64,000 bases of DNA from Antedon mediterranea (Eukaryota > Animalia > Echinodermata), in contig NC_092672.1 in assembly GCF_964355755.1 (NCBI RefSeq), forward strand, positions 1,860,001 through 1,924,000. The letters are read 5' to 3'. A program made the translations under genes and the position numbers. Numbering within the stretch: the first letter of the stretch is position 1; the number at the start of each line of letters is the position of its first letter. The notes below the pieces were generated by a model. It worked only from the letters and a program-made list of their open reading frames with translations. It searched no databases and had not been told where the DNA came from. Shown in pieces: positions 44,801 through 60,100 of the stretch.

Positions 44801-47800
44801 ATTGAATTGTAATAATAATTTTGACAAGGTCTCAAAAGTTTGATTTTATATTATATTTAATTTACTGAAAACAAACTTTGGTTGCTACTGCAGTTTCTAC
44901 ACTGTATTTACTCCTTTAAACATGTTATGTAATAATTTTAGCTATTTTAGTGTGATCATAAACACAGTTTATTGCCGTGAACAGACTTCATAAAAAAATG
45001 AAAAAATAAATAGAAATATTATGATGACACCCTAACATGATGTGCACTTTCATAGTTATCATATCATTATTTTAATCAATTAAATTGGTTGTGGTCCAGA
45101 TAGTAAAAATGATAAAACCTGAACAAGATTGGCGCCAAAAAATTGGAAGCTATCAAAGATGCTATTGGCAATAGTCTCTCATCATTATAGATTAATTCCT
45201 CATTTATTATCTTAGATCAATCTTGATACTTTAATCTCACATGAGACGCATTAAGTGATTTCCTACATGACAACATTATAAGTTCATTTATTGATTGTTC
45301 TTAGAAATGCAACGATGGTGTATGAACTTTGCTAATTTCATTTTAAAATGCTTATATCTCCTAACCCCTTCTATGTGTCAGCCTTACCGTATTAAAGGCT
45401 GTGAAACATATGCGAAGCAATATCTTTTTAAAGCTCTGTCTAAACTATCAAACTAGTTTGACAAAAAAAGTGTGATGTGCCCAAATATAGTAGCCAGAAG
45501 CCCAAATATGGTAGTGATATGACATCATCATGTCTATATATGGGCACAATACAATATCTGTTTTAAGACTACAGCCTATTCCAGGGTCAATTAGTTTGGT
45601 ACTTTTAACAAGTTTTTACTGTAGCCTATATTATATATTTTTTTTAATGTTTAAACTTCCCGTAGAAGGCGAGTTCTTAGATGTCATGACCTAGTTAATT
45701 CTGCCATACTTAAATTTAACTGATTGAAACCCAGGAGCTTAAGTGTGTACCTGTAGTTAAACCATTTCATTTGCAACAAAAAGATGTGCTGTATTTTTAT
45801 CATCATTATTATCATCATTTTTATCATCATTATTATCATCATTATTATCATCATTTTTATCATCATTATTATCATCATTTTTATCATCATTTTTATCATC
45901 ATTATTATCATCATTATTATCATCATTTTTATCATCATTATTATCATCATTTTTATCATCATTTTTATCATAATTTTTATCATAATTTTTATCATCATTA
46001 TTATCATCATTTTTATCATCATTATTATAAACTCAACTATAAAACTGTAATCATAATTTTATCCAATTTCTTACACTAAATGATTGATTCTAAATTAAAT
46101 TAAAACCGTTTTGAATCTTGAATATTTTTCAGTAAATGTTTTCAACATAACTGAAGCAGTCACCTAATGAAAATGTATATATGCCACCATTTCTATGGTA
46201 GATTGGGGTATAAAGGTGCAAAAGTTTAAATGAAAGAGGATTACTATGTAAAGTATATATGGGCTATCATGACAGGTTATATATAATGTTCACAGCAAAA
46301 TGAACCACATAAATATACAGTATATATACACGGCAAACAACCTTTTATTGAAATTTAATAAAATTGTTATATTTTAAAATGTTTATTTTATTGTTAGGGA
46401 ATTGAATTTATCAATATGTATCATTGCGATCAAACACTTTTATGACATTTTTGTTCATTGCTACTAGTTACTTTAGTATATTTTACAGTTAAATGTTACA
46501 TACACAGCCTATACAGATCTTTCTATAAATATTTACTAAATGATGGATATGAATTACAAATTGTATAATATTTTATATTAATTTTTTGTTTAAATTTGTT
46601 AATTGTTAGAAAGTTTTCTTTAAATGACTATAGTGATACAAAACAATTTTAATTTTAGAATGACTGCAAACAGCGTCAGTTCATTAAATGCTTGCACTCA
46701 ACAATTTGTAGTTTAATATTATGCCTAGTAAATTTACCCTGCAATTACAGTGATAAAGCATTGTGTTTAGGTGTACAACAAATCCCCTATCAAGCTTGGT
46801 ATCCACTTGGACGCAACGCTAGGACGTAGGCGCAACACAATTGAATTGACCAATCACAAGCAACAATTCGGGTAATCCATCGTGTCGTACGGATTAGTCA
46901 AATCTCTTACGTTGAACTTACGGCCTTGCGTTGTGTCCAATTGGGAACCAAGCTTTAAAATTTAAACGTCACCAAAATATTTCATTTTCTAAATTGTTAG
47001 CAAATTCTTGAGATTGAAAGCAATGAAGAGCATAGATAAAAAGCACTATCAATGTGAGTAGTCTATAAAAGGGACTAAACGCTTGAACGACTCGACGAGC
47101 AAAGACAGTGAAGCAACCAAGCGTAACAAACATCCGCACATTCTTATAAACCAATCAGAGTTGCGATTACTTCCGATTTTGAAATTTCTTATAAAAAACA
47201 CTCAATTTCAGGATTTGGTGTAGTTGCAGAAACTATCACAACACAAATTGGTTTGTAAGCATGTGCAGATGTTTGTAACGCTCTATTGCTTCATAGTATT
47301 GAATGTCGTGTGTGCAACTGAAAAGTCCAAAATGTGAGAGATATACAACAAAGCAACTGTGTAGAATAACATCTGCATTTGTTTGGTTTTACCTGATGCG
47401 TTAGCGTGACTCGTATAGCCACCACGACCTGTCGGCGGTCGACTGTTCCGTCCAAGCGGATAACTCTGACCAGAGTTTGACAATCTGCTATAGCCTTTAA
47501 TTTTCAAACCACATCTTATTTTAACCATTACAAAAATCATTGCGAAAATAAAAATTATAAAAGCATAATTCAGAAAATTCTTAAATACGAGAAAGAATTT
47601 AAAATATTTGTTTGTAATTTCAGTTTTAAGTACGGGTAATAAATCGTCTATTATGTCTATGTTAAGCCGTGAATCTAAGATTTCTCAATTGTAGCTGATA
47701 CGATACGGAATGTTATGAATCGTAGATTGTAATAACTGTGATACATAATGTCAGGATATTTTACACCCTGTCAGAGAAATTTTGATATTTCTAGAACAAA

Positions 47801-50800
47801 GCCAATGTTACGTAGAAACTTTACATAATTATTCGGATCGAATTTTACAAATTTGATATTAAAGAGAAATTAAACAGCTTTATTAGAAGAAATATTAAAC
47901 GTTAAAGTAAGGAATTTAAGCGTTGATGAGAATTTGTTGAAGGGAAGGAAAAAAAATTTGGTATATAAAATTGAAATTTGACAATCTTGCACAATCTATT
48001 ATTTTATGGAAAAGGACTAATTTTAGGTCATTTTAATTTGAAAGGTTTAATCATCAACAAAATATATTTCATCCAGATATTTTTTATATTCACACAATTG
48101 CCAGAAATGTTTTCACAAGAGTTTATTCTGTTGTGACATATATTCATCTCATGAAAACAACGATATTTATTGTATTTTTGCGAGTAAGAGATAATTCATG
48201 TGACGACACGTCTGGTAACACAGCAAGGATAGTTGCAAGCAAATCTAAACTAATAAGAAATGTACAGCAATATTTTACGAGCTCGAACAACGTATAACTT
48301 GCAAAGTCTAAAAACTAAATCTATAATGAAACCAGTAGTGGCGACGACAAGATACAAGAAATGGGAAGGTTGTGTGAGACAGAGGGTAAGGGGGAAGGGG
48401 AAAATGTTTAAATGTAGGTAATATGCTATGCAACCATTTAACGATTTAGAACAAATTTGTTTGCATTTCATAAAACACATTATGAAGATTATTCAGTGTT
48501 ATTTTTAAATCTTCTCCACAATACCTTGGTTATAACACATCTATTATTTCTTTGGCAATAAAACTATAACTAATTAATATTAAGTTTATACTACTTTACA
48601 TACAAGTGTTAGGCATACAAAGATGCAGTTAATAATTTAACATTTTGAACACAATCACACATGGGAAAACATTATGCAAATTAATCTCATTAACATATTT
48701 AAATTAATCGAATCTTACTAAAGTTACTGTATCAATTGTTATCGTAAAATTTGGAATTTTAATGAATACATTACAGCATAAATTTTTAAAACCTATTTTG
48801 CAATTATTTAGCAAGCTTTTTAGGTAATACTGCTTACTGCAGTGACTGTTTTATAAACGTCTTTTCAAAAATAGTTACTGCAGTAACTGCATTAGAATAA
48901 TTTAGACATGATGCCTAATAATGTTCATAAAGTCTTCAGCAGTTTGATAGCTTTATACTGAAAGACCAAATTTGCTTTCAAAACTCTGTTGAGAATCAAG
49001 TTGTCAGGATTTAGCAATAATGAATTTATTAAGCTGGCATATTTCACACATCTTCTCATTGAATTTCACAGAAATACTTCAATCAGGACTTACACTCACT
49101 CAAATAGAACAACAATCGTCTGATACATTACTATAGATTTTATTTAATACGATTGATATTGACGAGGACGTGTCCATTAACTCCTATTTCTACACTTGAT
49201 CATTTCAAATCGATAAAAACACAAGAGTTGAATTATAAAATCAATTATTAAAATCTACGATCAATTGAGTTCCAAATGATATTAAGTGGTTAAATTCGGA
49301 AATGATAATTTAGTAATCTTACCGCCAAAATAAGGTATAGCTGAATAGTGTGGATATCCTCGTCCAATAGCAGCAAAGTTGGTAGGATACGCTTAAAGAT
49401 AAAAAGGTGACAAAAAATGAAACAAAACCAAATATTATTTGTATAACCAATATATTATGATTATATTAACCCAACATTGTTGTTTCCACTGATTTCACCA
49501 TTTCTTCACACACTTTGGAATTTGGTGCAGTTTCTGAAGCTATCACAATTAAAAAGCATATAACAAATAATTAGGTAGTTCAACTCTATATTAAAAACTG
49601 TAAAATAAATTGAACCTAAATCTTTAATGTTAGAAGTTAAGCACTATACTATATTACCATACTACAGTTGCAATACTTTATCACATGCACCCAATTTACC
49701 TTGTTAAAACCAGATTAATTTGTACACGTTTATGTGGAGAGCAGCAGATTTCATGAAAAATGTTATCTATTTAAAACTTGTAAAAAGTAATTCTTTTTAT
49801 ATCTTAATTATTTTGTTGAGGGACTGTAACACTAAGTAAAGTAGTAATTCACCCACTTCAACTAAATCAATATATTTACTTCAGCCGCCCTTATAAGCCA
49901 ATCAAAGCCCAGTTAATGATATACGATCTTTATACTAAGCTTTTAAGCCTATTCAAAAGTGCGTTCACATTTCGGTTATTACAGAATAACTAATATTAGT
50001 TTCCATGTGTGATGTACTATAAGACGTTTGGTTTGCCGGATGATTTGATTTTGGGTATCAAATTTGAGGTTAAACACTGAACGTACTAACTATGGTACTA
50101 TCTGAATTGTATCAGCTAAATTAATCTCTTGGTATTAGCAAGTATTCAGGAATCATTTCAATTAATACTCTACTGCAGTTACTGCAGTAACTACATTTTT
50201 TACTGCTACAATGGTTTGTCAGATTGTTACTTTATTTACTGCTACAATGGTTTGTCAGATTGTCACTCCACTACAGTGTGTAGCTACCCACAAAAAAACT
50301 TTTAAATAATCAACACAGGTTAAAAGAGAAAACAAAAATGTAGTTACTGCAGTAACTGAAAGTAGAATATTTTTACACGGTCCCTTTAATTATTAATGTA
50401 AATGAATCTTCTTGTTAATTTTTTTATTCATTTTTTATTTCATATACATCTAAGCTCAAGTAACTTGTTAATCATAAGATGTTAATACTATATCATGTGT
50501 TATTGGGTTTTGGCAGAGATGTGCGTTAAATTAAATACATTCACTTTTTAATTTACTTAATGAATTACTTTACAATAACAAAAATACATAATTTAAATAT
50601 TGTTATATTCGTATTTAAATAATAATGATGAAAATAATGTGTAATGATTTCTCTTTTGCCATTTATAGCTAAATTATTATTTGTTTTCTTAAATTATAAC
50701 TAAAATACTAACAAAACAGTCATTAACTAAACTACTATTTTCTTTGCAAACACAGTCAAACAAAATCTTTACATTAAATCTACAACCTTCAATAAAAATT

Positions 50801-53800
50801 GTAATTTTCTACTGAATGAGTGACATAATTATTAAATTTGGTTACAACTAATTTCTTTCTTAATACACACTGTCCATCACCTGTCTATGCTAATAAAAAT
50901 ACTTAATTGTGTATTTTCATTTCTTGACCTTTTGAGCGTGCTCGTAATGCATAGTTGTCCACTTGTAGTTTCATTTTAATATTGCTAAATTCTCGTTTGA
51001 GTTTTAAACGATAAATTTGGAATATAGTCTATTTAATTAAAATATATAAAATCTATAAGATCCTAATTACCTTATTATTGTTACCTTTATATTCATTGTA
51101 TTGTACCTTTTTATGATCATATATAGCTAAAGTGAAATGTTACCAACTCATAATGCTCAGTAATGTAGCCACAAGAAAAAAGTGGTGCGGTTTTCGCACA
51201 AAAAGGGAACAATCTCTGTTCAAGCACCTGGATTGGCCTCTGTAAAAAAGGTTAAAACCTTACCAACCATACTGGTGGCTACGGCCCTAGTGCACTGCTA
51301 ACCATGCACCTATCTCCAATAACGTACCTTACCAACCATACTGGTGGCTACGGCCCTAGTGCACTGCTAACCATGCACCTATCTCCAATAACGTCATTTT
51401 TTATACTATACCATAGAATTGAGAATGAAAAACAAAATGTGATGAGTACCTAGATACTGTCCATTGATGAGGCCCGTACCAACATCCACTATCATCTCCC
51501 CATCTGCAAATAGAAAAACCCAAACTTGGTTCTCAAAAACAATGTCATATATTTCGAATTGGAACCAACCATTCTCCAATTTAATAGGTATATATTGAAT
51601 AAATTGATTTTAAGGAAAATTTTCATCGTAACTTTTCTTTCAAATGATATCTGCCTTCACAATTGTAAATAGTTTTATATCTCTTTTATTTCTTTTTGTT
51701 TTTCTTTTATATTTTATTTTTGTTATAAATATGTTTACTGAAGCACTTTGGAAATCAGTAAATTTGTATTGAAAGTGTATTTCAATTAAAAGAAAGAACA
51801 AATAAATAAATAAATAATGTCAGGATGATAATGATGCACGATCATTAAGATTATGATGAAAATTGCCGTTTTTATCGTTTTAATGCTTGTAATATTTATC
51901 GTAATTCTATTTAGTTAGTACAGTTATCATTATATGTCTACGCCGCTCCTTATAAATACCATATATTATTATTATTATTATATATATTATTATATATTAT
52001 TATTATTTATTATTTATTATTTATTATTAGCACCACAGAAATTGTTACAGTATTTTATTTTATTTTTCAATAAACAACAATTTTTTTTTTTTTTGTATTA
52101 AGTTTCTCTGTATTTGATAAGGCTACATGTGCAGCCAAATATTAATATTTGTAAATAAAATAATAAGTATGTATGTAAATAATTGAATGTACTGAAGGTC
52201 TGGTATATGCTATATTACGTTTTTTTCTTGGAAAAGTATGTAATCTGGACTTAATTTAACTTTGGTGAAACAGAGCTTAAAAAATCCACTAAAAAGTGGC
52301 GCTAGGATAAAAAGAACAGAAATGATTTAATATTAAATGAATCAAACCCCAACAGAATCACTCAATTTCTTGCGATAACGTTATTTGTCATTAAAATAAT
52401 TACACACCATTCCGAGTTATTGTCTTCGCTGAAGAAATAGTTCCCAGCGTGCCACGTAAACCGTGAATTACTCATTGCGAGCGTACACGGGGGAAGAGTG
52501 CTTGCCTTTCGCCTATCTAAATCCACGATGACTGTAACAGATCCTTTTAACTTATTTAAACCGAAAATAATTCCATCCGGTTGATAAATCTGTTTTAGTA
52601 TTTGGTTACAACAGATCTTATATTACAATCAACTTGCATATTCTACAACATACTAATACTTATATTCCATGTATTCTGTATGATAACTGACCTAATTAAA
52701 ACACCAGAAACCCTAAATCTATTATACATAATGAAAACTACAGTATAACACCTCCACTGGGACACCTCTATTATGGAGACACTTTCCTGCGAAGGAACAA
52801 AGAGGATATATGTTACACTACAGCAAATCCCGATTCAGGGGACACCTCTATTATGGAGACACTTTTTTTTGGTCCTGAAGGTGTCCTTTAATAGGGATTC
52901 TACTGTAATTAATAATCTAATAAATTATTTGTAAATACATCTTTATAAAATATTTCTAAATAATAATAAGGATAAAGAGATTCCTACATACGGTAGTAGT
53001 TTATGTAATATCTACTGTGCATCTTGCATATTCTTAACCTAAAGACTAATTACTGTACATTGCTAGGTTAAACCTCATGTTTGATACCGTATTCAAATTT
53101 GCCGCCTAATAAATAAATCAGAAAATATATAAATAGTGGTAAATTGAGAATAGGATAAGATAAGATTTGATGATAAGAAAACTGGACTGGCAATCTTTAC
53201 TTGATATGAAGACTTATTTACCAAGAGGAGTGGGGTGTAATATAAAAAGGTAGAACATGATCAGTTCTTAACACGTTCATTACCAGCTTCACTAGTAAAT
53301 AACTAGAACATACACATAAATATATATTATACTGAATGAACAATTTGCAAAAATAAGACTATTAAATCATAAAATAAATATTATTATACGCTAAATAACC
53401 GAGGAAATGACTTTGGAAATTAGTAGGCTAAGCTATAAAACCTCACCAACTATGTAAACAAAATATCTAAGCTAGCTAGTCTAATAACTACACAATGGGT
53501 TTTAAATAGAAATTCTACTAACTACCATTAACCACATCTATCACTATGTAAGAACACTACAAACGAAAATGACCAGAAGAAATAAAAGGGCAGTAGATGA
53601 TATTGTTTTATTTTGTAAACATTGTTGTCTTATCAATGAGTTTGTGATGTTTATCAATTAATAAATAATTTATACATTGTGATTTTCAAATTAAAATAAG
53701 TAAAGTAAAAATTTTATATTATCGCATTATTCAAATTATAATTTTTTAGGTTAATGTATTCAAGGCGAAAAATGCAATTATCTCGTAAATTAGTAGAAAA

Positions 53801-56800
53801 ATTGCTTAAATATTTTGAATTCTATTTTTGACATTGGATTTTTTTCAATATTTCAAAAATATTTTTATATAAATTATAATAGTTAGAAATGTGCGTCAGG
53901 AAAATCGTAATTGAATTATGTAAAAAATAAATGGATTACTTAGTACAAAAAATACTGCGAGGAAAATACCTTTACGTGTTCATATGTTACAATATTTTAC
54001 ATGCCAATTTGGGTGAAATTCACTTTATGTTGTTGAAATGTACTTAAATTTTGTGCAAACGGTAAATATAAATTTTATAAAATAAAGCTCTTTTTAAAAA
54101 CATACAGTAAAGATTAAAATTCATTTTAAACATGTAAGTTTGTTTTACGAATGAAAGAATATTTTTAGTGTATAAAACTCGCAGTCGGAATGAGCTGATA
54201 AAACTTAAGTATGTAACCATATATGTTAGATTATCTGTTTTAAGAAACACAATACATCATTTAGATGTATAGTTTTTGCAATATTATATGCGAAGAAGAT
54301 TTCATAGTACTATTATAGCGTGTCTCTTGGTCTTTATAAAGATGGTTTAGTTTGTCGATGTGTTATCATTTTGAATAAAGTAAAAATATTCAAGTTTGTA
54401 TGCATATTAATAATGTTACCAGTATATAATGTGTTTAGAATGTTTTATTGAATTTAAAGTTGGTAGATTATTCAAAATAGTTATAAGAAAAAAAAATACC
54501 ACACATTAGGTAAAAAAAAAGTATCTTTTTAGTCAAAATTAAAATGCCACACCACCGTGCTACCAAACTGAAATCCATTTTTAGTCCATCTTTACCATTA
54601 TCATCAAGCGGACGCATTAGAGATGGAGTTCCACAATTACGTCTTTACCAATACCATCATGTTAGGTCTAGAATTTGACCTAGCACTGACATTTGGACGT
54701 TGCAGCAGAATATAATAAAGCCACAAGTGAAGAAATCAAAAGTGGGGAAAAAACATGAAGATTGGGAAGGGGAGGTGTCATCTGGCAACCAGATTGGCAC
54801 TTTCTAATTACCTCTTTAGCAGAAAATTGACTCTAGGGTAGAATATAACTTTGTGCAAGGAAAAATATACATATATTATATATTTAAACTCATCCGTTAT
54901 TTTTCCATTTAGATTTCTTTCCTTGGTAGCGTTTATTGTGATTAAAAAGTGCTAATTAAGATTAGCGAAATGTGCCGTGACTTCAAACCATTCAAAGCAT
55001 AGACAAACCTAGAGAACATCTTTTAAATTTCAAAAAAATTTATTCTTTTATAGAGTTAGCTATTCCTTTCCAAAGTTAGTGAAAATCACTCATGCGTTAC
55101 TGTCATTCAACCAATGTTTTCAAAAATTAATTTTTGAAATTTTTTCAAATTAAATGTTAATAAAACAGACCATTATTAATAATACAAATTTGAGATAGTT
55201 TTGTTTGTTTTGTGTTCTCTAGGCTGTGTCTATAACTTACCATGGTATGACATAGGCCCATACACACCTCTGAGCATGGCTCGCCCTCTAGCCATTTGTT
55301 GCGGTAACATTACTTCCTTTGGTTGCGCTTTCTTCGTCTCAACCTAAAAAGAATAATTCATTAAAAAGATAAACATAAACAGACACTTAGTACATTATAT
55401 TACAACAATATAAAGACAGTTATATTATAATGAAACAAATTTGTGAAAGAAACGCATCAAATTTATATTTCAAAACTTTCAAATATTGCGATATATTAGA
55501 TTTTTGCAGAAAAGCGTCAGTAATGTAGGTCTCTTCGTCACCCTAATAAAATCTGCTTATAAAGACAGCAGAAAAGTGGTGACTGCACCTTTAAGTAATT
55601 ATTCACTCAGATGAGTAGTATATCACAAGCAAACAACTGAGCAGCCAATGTGTTCATATATTCCCTACAGCAGTCTCATAAATTCTATCCTCTTTTTTCA
55701 CCCTTTATTTTAAAGGGACTTTGTTTTCTACCATCATGAATTAATATATGTATCAGAATTTTACATGTATCAATTGATAGTGATATTTAATGATGTCAGG
55801 ATGATAATAAGGCATGACAATTAAGATCATGATGAAAATTATGATGTCATGACGATGATAAGAAGATAATGAAGATAACAACAATGATGAAAGATAATCA
55901 ATATTTTCAAATTCTTTTTTTTTGTTTTTCTTTTAAATTTAAATTTCATTTAGGGACCAGATCAAAGTTAATTCAAATTGGCTGCAGTTACTGCACAGTA
56001 ACTATATTTTGTTTGTTTTTTAACTTGTGCAATTATTTAGCAAGATTTTTTTTTTTTTAACTAATGTAATACATTATTGCAGTATAACATGCATGTAGTT
56101 ACTGCAGTAACTGCAGCCCTTAGTATATGATAAATAAATGATCATTTAAATAAACTTTCTCTATCCCTTAGTTTAGTAAACCAATCAAAACAAAAGTAGA
56201 AAATCCAAAAACAAAAACTCGGAAATCTAAATTTAAAATTTGAAGAAATAATCTAGGTAGCATGCAGGATTGCGAAATGCAGCGACCGATGTTTGCACCT
56301 GAAGCTATTAACAACCTACAAGCTACTATGATGATGGAACATTTCCTTAGTTACTAGACATCGGTTAACACTTGCTTTATAGGCTTAGCGTAATGACGGA
56401 TCAAAGATTCTGTTTTTTCTAAAACATTTTTTGAGTGTTAACGAACAGAAGGATCAATATATTATAAATCCAATTTCAATTGGCCCCAGGAAATACAAGT
56501 CCGTAACAGGTGTTCGCCATCATTTTTCATGTTTTTGTCATTTTTATTTTCTTACTTTACAAAAAAATATAATATTTAATATGGAAAAATTTAAAATACT
56601 GCATGGATTAGGAAATAATTTTAAAATAATATTTCTAACTGACATTTACATTATTTTTTTATAGTTGCTAACTATTTTGTTATGTTCATATCATGTATAA
56701 ATGTAATTTAAAATTCTGTATGACTTATGGAGCTATAAATATTATTATTAATAATTATTAAAGTTTGCATTTAGGGTTGAAAATGATTATTTAAACTGTA

Positions 56801-56924
56801 TGGCTTAAAGAATTTTAAAATCATAATCATCATTTTCTAACCATTTTGTTGTTAAGTTCGTGGAACTGCTGTTCACAGATTTTTTCGACAGATTCTTCTT
56901 TTTCAAACGTTACAAATCCAAAAC
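38818..56924 (-). CDS. MSI: Musashi RNA-binding protein, 3' part (RRM2 second half to C-terminus); 5' exons presumably beyond the window
   Basis: Exons 56924-56842 ([28 protein letters not shown]), 55343-55241 ([12 protein letters not shown]), 51503-51450, 49391-49323 ([13 protein letters not shown]), 47494-47393, 42535-42332, 41591-41398 (ATSSPGP..IY), 38859-38818 ([13 protein letters not shown], cf. Musashi LIATAFTNGYH). All GT-AG and phase-compatible; the small middle exons are less certain. Confidence 0.88.
38972..39144. mobile_element. Foldback MITE
   Basis: Arms of about 75 bp AATAAGCGACTT.GAT.ACTC.AGAGGGCGCCATATTT.AAAGGTCAATC.GGACAAAAAAGTT..CATCTAGGCTA, inverted about a short loop. 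Confidence 0.8.
45796..46028. repeat. ATC/ATT/TTT compound microsatellite (9-12 bp higher-order units)
   Basis: TTT/ATT-ATC-ATC-ATT iterations; explains three overlapping low-complexity ORFs. Confidence 0.9.
46793..46954. mobile_element. Harbinger-like MITE (AGCTTGGTTCCCAC TIR family)
   Basis: AGCTTGGT..CCA.TTGGAC.CAACGC / GCGTTG.GTCCAA.TGGGAACCAAGCT; internal TTGACCAATCACAA; relatives near 117-287 and 29707-29842. Confidence 0.75.
51257..51394. repeat. Perfect 69-bp tandem duplication
   Basis: 51257-51325 repeated at 51326-51394. Confidence 0.9.
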
Positions 56925-56954
56925 CTGAAAGATAAAAAGGTACAAAAATTAATA

Positions 56955-57165
56955 GCTATCAATTTATCAATATCTATCAATTTATCTAATAGATGTTTAT
57001 CAATTTATGTAATAAATATCTATCAATGTATAATCAATATCTATCAATGTATAATCAATATCTATCAATGTATAATCAATATCTATCAATGCATAATCAA
57101 TATCTATCAATTTATAATCAGTATCTATCAATGTATAATCAATATCTATCAATTTATTTAATCAA
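56955..57165. repeat. 21-bp minisatellite (AATATCTATCAATGTATAATC)
   Basis: About 7 near-perfect copies plus degenerate flanks. Confidence 0.85.
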
Positions 57166-60100
57166 TCAATATATCTAACGGATCATTTTTTCTGAGGCTT
57201 TAGCATATTGGGCTGTAAACATAAAGTATTATTTTTAATCATTAAATGCAATTAAAAAAATATTAACTTAAATAAAATAATTGATCAATCAATATCCAAT
57301 TAATCAATTATTAGCAACGTTCACTTATTCAGTTGTCAAACTCTATTTAAAAGTAATTCCAGTGATTAAATTTATTCAAACGAAATTAAGTCATAAGATT
57401 GGACAAATGCAATACTTCTTGCAAACATGTAAATAGCTGACAAACATTAGGTATCATTAATCATAGAACGTCCGATTTAAAATATGCAGACTTTAGTAAC
57501 TAGTCGTTGTAATCTCAACACATCACGCAATACACAATAGCATAATATTAACGGATTCTCAGTACTGTATCTAAATTTGTCATGTATTAAAATCAAAATT
57601 CCGTGAATCTAGCATCTCATCTTATTTGTTGAAAAAAACTATAAAATAGAATTTGTTATGAAGTAAAATTTAATAGCATATATTGCAAATTGTTCCTTGC
57701 ATTTGTTGTTTTGTTATCATGCATTTTAATTGCATAGTAATTTGTTTATTTTATAATTCATATTCTAAGATAAATATTTGTATTTTATCGTGAATACTGT
57801 CAGGGTGTATATATATATATTAATTGATATAATTTAATTCTAAAATAGACTAGACCTGTTCTGTATCACCAATTCTTTGCTGTATGTTGTTATATGTCTA
57901 TGAACCTGTATCTGTATTGCGTCCCTCAAGCTAAATCTCATTCATGAGCTAAGTGACCTCCACAGTAAACCACAGACAAGATTACCCGACATAGATAAAT
58001 GCAGATTCTACATCCTAATGTGTCCGGTTCAACGTCATTTAATGGCTTCTCTACTTTATGACATAACAAAATAATATAAATATATTTAACACCTTCTTTA
58101 GCTTACACATTGGTCTAAAAGCAGTGCTTACCCAACCCAGAGGTCGTACTTAATAAATGTATAATCAATAATTATGTTTCAGAATTATTGTACTAATGAC
58201 GGCAAATGGAAATGTTTTTATATCATTTTTTTAAGCATCAGTTATAGCATTTAATTTAATGGTTCTATATGCCACTGTGTTAAGCCTTGTTTCTACTATC
58301 AAACTTTATGTGACAAAAATAAATGTGATGTGCCTACATATGAACATGATGATGTTGTATCACTACCATATTTGGGCATATCACTACCATATTTGGGCAT
58401 ATCACTACCATATTTTGGCATATCATCACCATATTTTGGCACATCACATAAAGTTTGATAATGTAGAGCTTTAGTGAAAACAACAATTTGCCAACGTAAA
58501 TTGGTTGTATCTTATTTGTGGATGGAGGAAAATAAATGATATAATAAATGAGAAACTGTTATCTTTCAAGTCCTGTTCATATCTTATGTTAATGTAAACA
58601 ATATCTAAGAAAATGGCCCAATAAAATATGCTACGCACACGAAACAAAAAGCAATTTAGCAGAACATGAAAGTCGCAACAATAACGAGTATACACACATA
58701 CACTTAATATGCGCAATGTTATAATAATAAAGTATTATACAACATTTTATTTTTAGGTTACTAAATTAAATTGTTTTAAAATATAAATTAGTTGTGCCAC
58801 TAAGGTAAAAATAATATAAATTATGAAATATGCTAAATTTAATATTTTACAAGTTGTGCAGTTTTATGGAATCGAAAATTAAATGCTGAAAATAATGTAT
58901 TACTTTACAAAGAAGTTTCAAATAATGATTTGTAAAGCGCAAAAAAAATGGTGTGAAAATAAGATCAAGAAAAAAAAGAAAAAATATTCACTTATCCAAT
59001 ATTTTTTATAAAATAAATTTGAAAAAAACAGTTTGTTTTACACAATACCAACTTGTCATTTGAAAGAAGTGATTCAAATTCAATCCATCAAACCATTACA
59101 TTTTAATATCATTTGTTATTTTAATGTATAGCGCAATTTTTTATTATTAAACCAATCCAATACATTTTCATTATTTCAACCAAAAAAAAAAGAAATTTTA
59201 GTAGGATTGATGTTGGATTTTGTGAAATTTAAAGACAGTCAGTTCATTGTACTATGTGAGAGAATCTTTGTGAACGATTGTCATTTTTAAATAGCACAAC
59301 TATCTAAGAAAGCAGCAAAGTTTAATGAGGCAGAGAGAAAACAACGTTTACCTTGCGAACGCTGCAGGCATGCTGAGAAAATCATATTTGTGCATGGCTG
59401 TTTTAGCGAGCCTGCCGTTCTAATAGAATCAAGTAGCATTTAACCAAAATATTCTTCGTTTTAATTATGTAATACAAGAAGAGAGTTGCATTAATTGATG
59501 AAGGAAGAGAGGTCAACTGTTCCAAGACTCAAATTGTTTGGGATGTTGATTTTTGTATAGGTCTTCAAAATGACAGATGCGTTGATTTGATGGAAACAGA
59601 TTGCTTTCAACCCGAATTTGACCTTTTTCAACTAATTAATGTGTTCCTTCTCACTAATCCCTATATTCTAAACTTAATGAAAAATCTGGTTTAATTAAAT
59701 TGATTAATCAAATATTATGTAACTATATGCATTCCAACACAAATTAAAAAAATTGCTTTAATAATCAAGGATTCTATCTCACAAAATGTTTAGTAACATT
59801 TTTCACCAAAACAAAACTTCATTGAAATTTAAATATACTATAGCTTTTAAAATTAATGTTTACTGGATTGAATATCCTCGACATATTTCATTAATAAAAA
59901 TATATATTTTTTTAAATGCCTAATGTAAAAATATAAAAACCGTCAAACCGTTTAGCAGGTGAATGAGGTATTTTAATTACCCCTTCAAATACAAGCTTAG
60001 CCTTCGGCAAAACAATATTAGCAAGGTTAGAACCACCCTATATTGGCTGCTGTTAGGAGGGAATTCAAAGAAGAGCGATATACAAAGTGGGCCTAGAGGT

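Noticed and set aside
45684-46079. MMIK/YHH/poly-Ile ORFs
   Set aside because: Translations of a microsatellite.
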